NCBI GenBank assembly: GCA_032718475.1
Contig: JAUCBJ010006940.1
Location: forward strand, 1 to 56,644
Source of the DNA: Nemertoderma westbladi
Lineage: Eukaryota; Animalia; Xenacoelomorpha
Length of the DNA stretch: 56,644 nucleotides
Direction: 5' to 3'
The translations under genes were made by a program, and so were the position numbers. This document shows positions 50,266 through 56,644 of the stretch, piece by piece. The number at the start of each line of letters is the position of its first letter. Position 1 is the first letter of the stretch. The notes under the pieces are model-generated. The model ran no database searches. It was not told the origin of the DNA and saw only the letters and a list, made by a program, of their open reading frames with translations.

Positions 50266-51118
50266 CTGTAATAATATGCCGGTCTTCTTTACAGAAATCG
50301 ACAGAATAGATTCCGCTCCCCGTTCCTTCAATCCGGTTGATAACCTTCCCAGTTACAGAATTTAGAATATAAATCAACCCGGTGTTCCACCCAACAGCAG
50401 CGATTCTGGATCCGTTCGGACTCAATACGATCCTCCGGACCTCAGGAGTTGCTTCCTGTCTCCACAAGGTCTCCCCTGTACCAACACCGAAGCGATGGAT
50501 CCCTCCTCCCTCATCTACCGACACCACTGACTCCCCATCCGGACCCCAACCCAGACTGTTGACCCCCCAACTGTGCCCCCGGTATTGATACAACATCTCC
50601 CGGGTTCCGGTCACCCAAACTTTTACTGTTCCATCCCGCGAACAGCTGACCAACCGGGACCCGTTCGAGTCGAACCGAATACAGTAAACCCACCCAGAAT
50701 GCCCCACCCAGTTCGTAACCTTATATTTCCCCCCAGTTATTGATATAATAGAAATCCCCCCATCCAACCCACAAGTTGCAATGACGTCCCGGTTGGAGGG
50801 ATTTATATCTATTCCCAACCTATATACATACTCCCCCCCACCAACCACTAACTCCTCCCCCGGTACCTCCACTACGACCCTCCAACCGGTCGCTTCCCGC
50901 TCCCAGACAGTCACCGACCCCCCCACCCAGGTTCCCGAGGCAACGCGGTTCCCGTCCGTAGAAACCGCGACTGTCCTGTAACGGGTAGAACCTCCGGATC
51001 GCGGTAGATATTCCTTTTCGTAGAGAGTTGTTGAGTTTATGATACAGGGGAGGTTGTCAGACACAAAGACAACCTCCTCGGTACCCGGGATCATTTTGAG
51101 TTCCAGGATCGCCGCCAT
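50266..51118 (-). CDS. WD40-repeat exon of the Roco gene
   Basis: GHSGWVYCIRFD...LVSCSRDGTVKVW, GHSWGVNSLGW; donor ACAG|GTAAT; splices in phase 1 to 46176 giving HIITG-DDGGTITVID. Confidence 0.85.
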
Positions 51119-51280
51119 TGTTAGGGGGATTATTGAATCTAAAAGATAAAATAAAGTAAATTGCCGCTAAATTGCTAAAGTACTAATAAGTATTACAGCG
51201 CTAGTAATTGTTATTAGATAGTCAGCGTAGCCAGTAATTATTTACTAGCTGTTTTTATTTATTCGGTTTGTATAAACGAT

Positions 51281-53109
51281 TGTAAAAGCCTTTGCTGAAT
51301 TGCCCCGTTATTTTTATTATCTTTTACATTAAAATACTCTGTAGTTGATTTAATAAGTGTAAGAGACCGTATTATTGCTGTATCGGTGTTTTTAGAGGAT
51401 CTAAGACCTATTTCCTCCGTATGTGTACTGTGAAAGGCATATTTTGTGATTCTATGGCAATTCGTGACGCAAAGGGGTGATAGCTACTCTTGAACAGTAG
51501 TTACTATGACTACGGTTAACAGCTGACATTCATACGTGTTGATTTCCTTTGTTCTACGGCGTCTCTCAGTTCAGTCAGCCAATGAGAGCGTTTTTGTGGC
51601 TCCTTGTACAGAAAATTTCCGAGAAATGACGCAATGCCTATGTGCAGTGTTTACATTCAGTCTTGAGCCAAAGAAAGAACGGCTTGGAAGTATTTTGTGC
51701 TGTACTGCTTTTTAGTCGTACACTAGTAGGTTTAATTATAAAGGGCATATATCCTTTAACTGATGACTGCTGACTGATCATACATGCTGACTGCTGAAAC
51801 ATTGCAAACTCATAACAATCAGTGTTTTCATTGTTGTTTTATACTGCTATTTACCGTCAGTTCTTCATAATATGGTTGATGAATAATTATATTTGGAATA
51901 ACGATAAACAACCCCTAAACCCAATATTCTTGATATACCGAAGGTAAGAGAGAAGGGTTACAAATAAACGATTGTGACTTATGTTAAAGTGGTTTGAAGT
52001 GAATCTAATGTTATTTGATAGACCCTACATGATTCAGTCTGTGTTCCTTTTATATGTGACTAAAATCAGTGAAGATTGGCAGATTAGTGTGCAGTATTGT
52101 GCAGCATTGTGTATGAGTGAGTCTGTTAAAGAAGCAATTCCTAAAGAATGCGCCATATATGTGAATTATAATTAAGCCATATCGTTGTGAGTAGTTTAAG
52201 TCATAACTCTGTTTATATAGATAAAGCGCCACGTCCTAAAGGAACTGTTAATATTACCGAAGGTGAATAATATTGTCAGAGATTATATAATACTGTCAGT
52301 CGAATAATACATTAGGCTTACATAGCAATAAAAATTAAACCGTCGAACCCAATCTCCCGGGAATATCCAGCGGGTGAATGGTCGCGCACGGATTGGTTTC
52401 GACTAGTGTAGTGAATCAAATACTTGTCATAGACTAAAAGCAGATTTAATATCTAGAAGACATCTTGATTTGGTGGGTTAAACTGCCAAAGGTCTGAAAG
52501 CGCGAACATTAAAGGATATAGCTTCTTTATTGCAGTAAGCAATAAAGTCGAAAGTATCGGTCGACCGGTAACCAGTAGGCCTGACTGCCTGATCATCCGG
52601 ACCGGTACCTACTTCCGTATAAGTACAGCAGTATTATTCGATTTGATTATATATGCCGGTAGGTCTTAATAATTAATCGGGGACGCCTGGTTTTTATTGG
52701 GATTTTACTTAGGCCTATTTCTGTCAGTTTTATTTGTTTGTAGGCCAGTATTGAACAGAAGGCGTGTAAACCTGATCAGATTGTACAGACAATTTGTAGG
52801 CTGAGCTGTTGTCTGATTGCTGTTAAGTCCGAACGAATTGCAGTGTGTGTAGAGCACTTGTCCGATTAAGTACGGTTAGGAAGTAGGGGCAGCAACGCTG
52901 TAAGGTAAACCCCCAACTAAAGAATAAGTCGCACTACTGGGTTAGAGCGCATACTCCCTAATCATTTCGGAGTCTGCATGTCCTGTAGTTTATTTAGGCT
53001 TGAGAGTAGTCTGCCATCGTTTAGTCTGTACTTTGTTTGTGTAAGTCTGTACGGGTAGCGTATAATTTTATTTAAATAATTTGTAGGCTGGATAGTTGTC
53101 TGGCTGTTA
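51281..53109 (+). mobile_element. Truncated relative of BEL element 2: 5' LTR (51281-52508) plus about 600 bp of leader
   Basis: Starts TGTAAAAGC, ends CGCGAACA; downstream sequence matches the reverse complement of about 34815-35477. Confidence 0.93.
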
Positions 53110-54792
53110 ATAATTATATGAAATATAATTAAATAAGGGAGACAACTCATAGTCTCTATAATTACACTTAGAATGTTGTGGCCTATAGACTACAATAATA
53201 GTACCACTTCCTGCTTGTAGAACATTGTGATTGTGCTGGTGGTTTCCAAGATTTCTAATCTTAGCAAGAAGGTAATTTCTCTCTTTTGAGTGCAGTGGTT
53301 CCTTGGAAATATCAACAACTAGATGTTCATCTTGATGAGCAATCTCCATATGCTGAAACAGCTTTGAATATCCTTTTTCGCAAAAGTAACAAAAAAATTT
53401 TCTGTCCCACTTCCGTATTTTTCCATAATTGTTTGTGGCGAAGATGTGAATATTTGATTTGTCCTGATTTTTGACTCCATTTGATAATGTTGCAAATGGA
53501 TCATATTGACATTGATCACTTGATTCCTCGCAATATTTAATTTCTTCATTACATTCAGATGCAGTGTAGTTTGAATCATTATCTGATGATTCATTCTCTG
53601 ATGATGCATCCTGCATATCCGAATCTGTTCCAGTTGTAGTTTGGAGTCCCACTTGCCCTATTTCCTCACTTTCATTTATACCAATATCATTAATGGTAGG
53701 TAAAGCAGATTCAAATAAACTAGCTCCAGCAATAATGTCTCCTGATATAGATCCATTAACAATTCTTTCCTTTGTACCTTCAGCAATAATGTCTCCTGAT
53801 ATAGATCCATTAACAACTCTTTCCTTTGTACCTTCAGCAATAATGTCTCCTGATATAGATCCATTAACAACTCGTTCCTTTGTACCTTCAGCAATAATGT
53901 CTCCTGATATAGATCCATTAACAACTCGTTCCTTTGTACCTTCAGCAATAATGTCTCCTGATATAGATCCATTAACAACTCGTTCCTTTGTACCTTCAGC
54001 AATAATGTCTCCTGATATAGATCCATTAACAACTCGTTCCTTTGTACCTTCAGCAATAATGTCTCCTGATATAGATGCATTAACAACTCGTTCCTTTGTA
54101 CCTTCAGCAAAAATGTCTCCTGATATAGATCCATTAACAACTCGTTCCTTTGTACCTTCAGCAATAATGTCTCCTGATATAGATCCATTAACAACTCGTT
54201 CCTTTGTACCTTCAGCAATAATGTCTCCTGATATAGATCCATTAACAACTCGTTCCTTTGTACCTTCAGCAATAATGTCTCCTGATATAGATGCATTAAC
54301 AACTCGTTCCTTTGTACCTTCAGCAATAATGTCTCCTGATATAGATCCATTAACAATTCGTTCCTTTGTACCTTCTAATTCGTTAAGACTATCAATTTTA
54401 AAACTAGAAGTTGTAGTTTGGAGTCCCACTTGCCCTATTTCCTCATTTTCAATTATACCAATATCATTAATGGTAGGTGAAACAGATTCAAATACACTAG
54501 CATCAACAATACCTCCTGATATAAACTCATTAAATGGTTCACATAAAACTCGTTCATTAGTACTTTCTAATTCGACAAGACTATCCATTTTAAAACTATC
54601 CTCCGAATCGTTAGGAGTATTAATTGCAGTCATAGTAACATCGAAGGCACTGTGCACTTCTCCCATCACCCATTCAGGACTAATTAGCTCTATGATTCCA
54701 TCATCATACTGAACTCGAACTTTATATCCTTCTCTACGTTTTCCTTTTCCTGGATAGAAACAAGAGGTAATATTATCACTATGAAAATTCAT
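53107..54792 (-). pseudogene. Truncated ORF with 18-aa repeats and a Cys/His domain resembling tyrosine-recombinase (CryptonV-like) transposon proteins
   Basis: WDRKFFCYFC...KLFQHMEIAH.DE..V......SKER.......RNLGNHQHN..VL..G.G.IIVVYRP; cut off at the junction with the LTR-element leader; no catalytic domain visible. Confidence 0.55.
53727..54375. repeat. 54-bp coding minisatellite, about 12 copies
   Basis: Encodes GTKERVVNGSISGDIIAE on the minus strand. Confidence 0.95.
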
Positions 54793-55587
54793 CCCACTTC
54801 CGGGGAAAATCGGCGCAAATAACAGATGATTACTCTCAAAACGTTAATAACGTATCACTAAAACCTGATCCTTTCGCAAAATGCATAAGTTAACATTGAG
54901 AAAAGATGTTAATTCATTTGCATCCAATCCAATATCACCCCCCCCCCCCCTTCATCACATACCTAGGATGCAAGGCAGCCATACATCGTAAAAAGAGGAT
55001 ATACAAATTCGTCAAAGAATAAAATATTGTCTAATATTTCTGAAACCACACAAAGCCTATCAAACATTTATCTTTTAGGGGTTTACTGGGTCGGAGATTT
55101 CATTACCGATATCATTTATTGTGTTTGGCGGAATCTAGGCTGTCTGTCTTTTTGTCCATCAGCAATTTTGATATAGTACGAAAAGTGCAAGCATTTCAAA
55201 AAAGAGTCAAGACGTGGGTAAAATTTTTTTAAAGTGTTACTATCGGATTCACCGACCTCAAAAACCCTGTAGTGAAATATTAGTGGAAAAAATCCAATAT
55301 CGAAAGTGATATAGCGAAAACGCGTAAAGATTTAAAATCTCCATAAAAGTTCGGTCTTAATTAAACAATAAAAGATTATGATTTTTACAAAACAACAACA
55401 AATACACCAAACAATGTACCGGTATAAAGGTATTGTCCAACATAACATATAGGATTACCCTTAAAGGTTTGCAGCTTATTTCCAAGAGGGTCCTTTATGT
55501 TACTTGGTTACAAATACAATATTATTACACAAATACGATACGCATAAAACAAATATAATATGTAATTACATATTGTGGAAGTTACAT

Positions 55588-55804
55588 AGAATTAATCGGA
55601 AACTTAAGGTCCGATTATTTAGAGCAGCAGTAGTGCCCGTACTCCTATGGGAGTCCATGCTAGGCTCTAACTGCTGAGGACACCAAATCTCTGGATGGCA
55701 CATTCACAAGAATGCTACGCCGGGTTCATGGTGTCAGGTAAAATGCACACATCTCCAACCGCAGACACTATATAACAGTGGAGATGTCGCATTGGTTCCC
55801 CCAA
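55588..55804 (+). mobile_element. Third, decayed RTE fragment
   Basis: Matches about 39616-39832 with indels. Confidence 0.9.
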
Positions 55805-55807
55805 TCT

Positions 55808-56644
55808 ATATTATTATTATTATCATTATTATCGTACCGTACATATTGATTAAAACACAATAGTACAGACAGATTAATATATGTATGTATGTATGTATGA
55901 AAAAAAAAGAAGGAAAAAAATGAAGCAAAAATTAAGAGCACAAAAGTGGCCTAGATATATAAATGTATGTACAGAATAAGCATTAAACGTACCTAGTGAA
56001 CAAGTCAACAGACAATATAATATTAGAACGTTGCAACGTAATTGCGCATATATACTAATTCATCGTAGCTGAAACCGGGAACCGTTAATTCATTAATGAT
56101 TGCTAATGATAACTCGTTACAAATTAACGGACGCCATTCCTGTTCATCCGGAATTTCAACGTACGATAAACGGCCTGCTAACATTGGTGTTATACAATTT
56201 AGGTCTGAAATATTACATTCGTTACCTATTCGTCTCAAATTCCTACCTGAAATTGACCGACAATCAAACATGGTTAAATTAGCTAATAATCTTACACATA
56301 ACCGTTGGCTATTCAGCACTGTGTCTTTAAATTTAATAAACCGTTTACGAAGCATACTGTAAGGGTGTGGAAAATTAACTAAATGTTGCACAATAAACCT
56401 ATGGCTATTATAAGGCAAAGCCCAAACCCATCTGACATTGTTATTCCACGCTGTAAGAACTCTTCTACAATTATCTGACGATAAATCCCATATTGGGCTA
56501 CCGTAAAAACTTGTGCAGTATAATTTCTGTATTTTAGTAATGCAACTGGGTACTGCGAATCGAAATTCATTTCTTAGATTATCCAATTTCCCAATAAATG
56601 CGCCGCGTTTGCGGTCTATGTCGGTGTCGGTTGTACCTTTGAAA
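55808..56644 (-). mobile_element. 3' end of another LINE (Proto2/RTE-X-like ORF2 C-terminus, stop at 56023) with (TAA)n-type tail
   Basis: YCTSFYGSPIWDL...WNNNVRWVWALP..SH parallels the C-terminus of the ORF at 23308; ATT-repeat tail at about 55808-55832. Confidence 0.8.

Noticed and set aside
51760-51766. CTGATGA next to the putative self-primer, suggesting a hammerhead ribozyme
   Set aside because: Absent from the homologous LTRs (CTGACAT) and no convincing stems seen.
53676-54712. Alternative-frame ORFs over the 54-bp repeat
   Set aside because: Shadows of the minisatellite; only the 561-aa frame extends into a recognisable domain.

Overview
Eukaryotic, AT-rich, probably marine-invertebrate DNA (GT-AG introns, TE families typical of such genomes; species not identifiable). 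About 75% of the window is nested retroelements and tandem repeats. (1) A minus-strand CR1/L2-group LINE is split by a BEL/Pao LTR element (4715-16935, TSD TACAT), which is itself split by a Mag-like Gypsy element (7035-12133, TSD GAAAT). (2) A 49-bp satellite is interrupted by a Proto2/RTE-X-like LINE joined head-to-head to a 5'-truncated RTE LINE; the first LINE is split by a second BEL/Pao element (24799-36713, 1236-bp LTRs, TSD AACAC). That element encodes only Gag-protease, has no tRNA primer site, and has a 12-nt LTR/PBS complementarity with self-priming geometry that recurs in a diverged second copy (51281-53109). (3) A spliced host gene (51118-50266 + 46176-42914, minus) encodes WD40 + Apaf-1-like winged helix + Roc-COR GTPase + tandem CARDs. 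(4) A 30-bp minisatellite bounded by splice sites may be an exon of about 41 Y-x-N motifs. (5) Further RTE, LINE and tyrosine-recombinase-transposon-like fragments. All family assignments come from reading motifs by eye, not from database searches.
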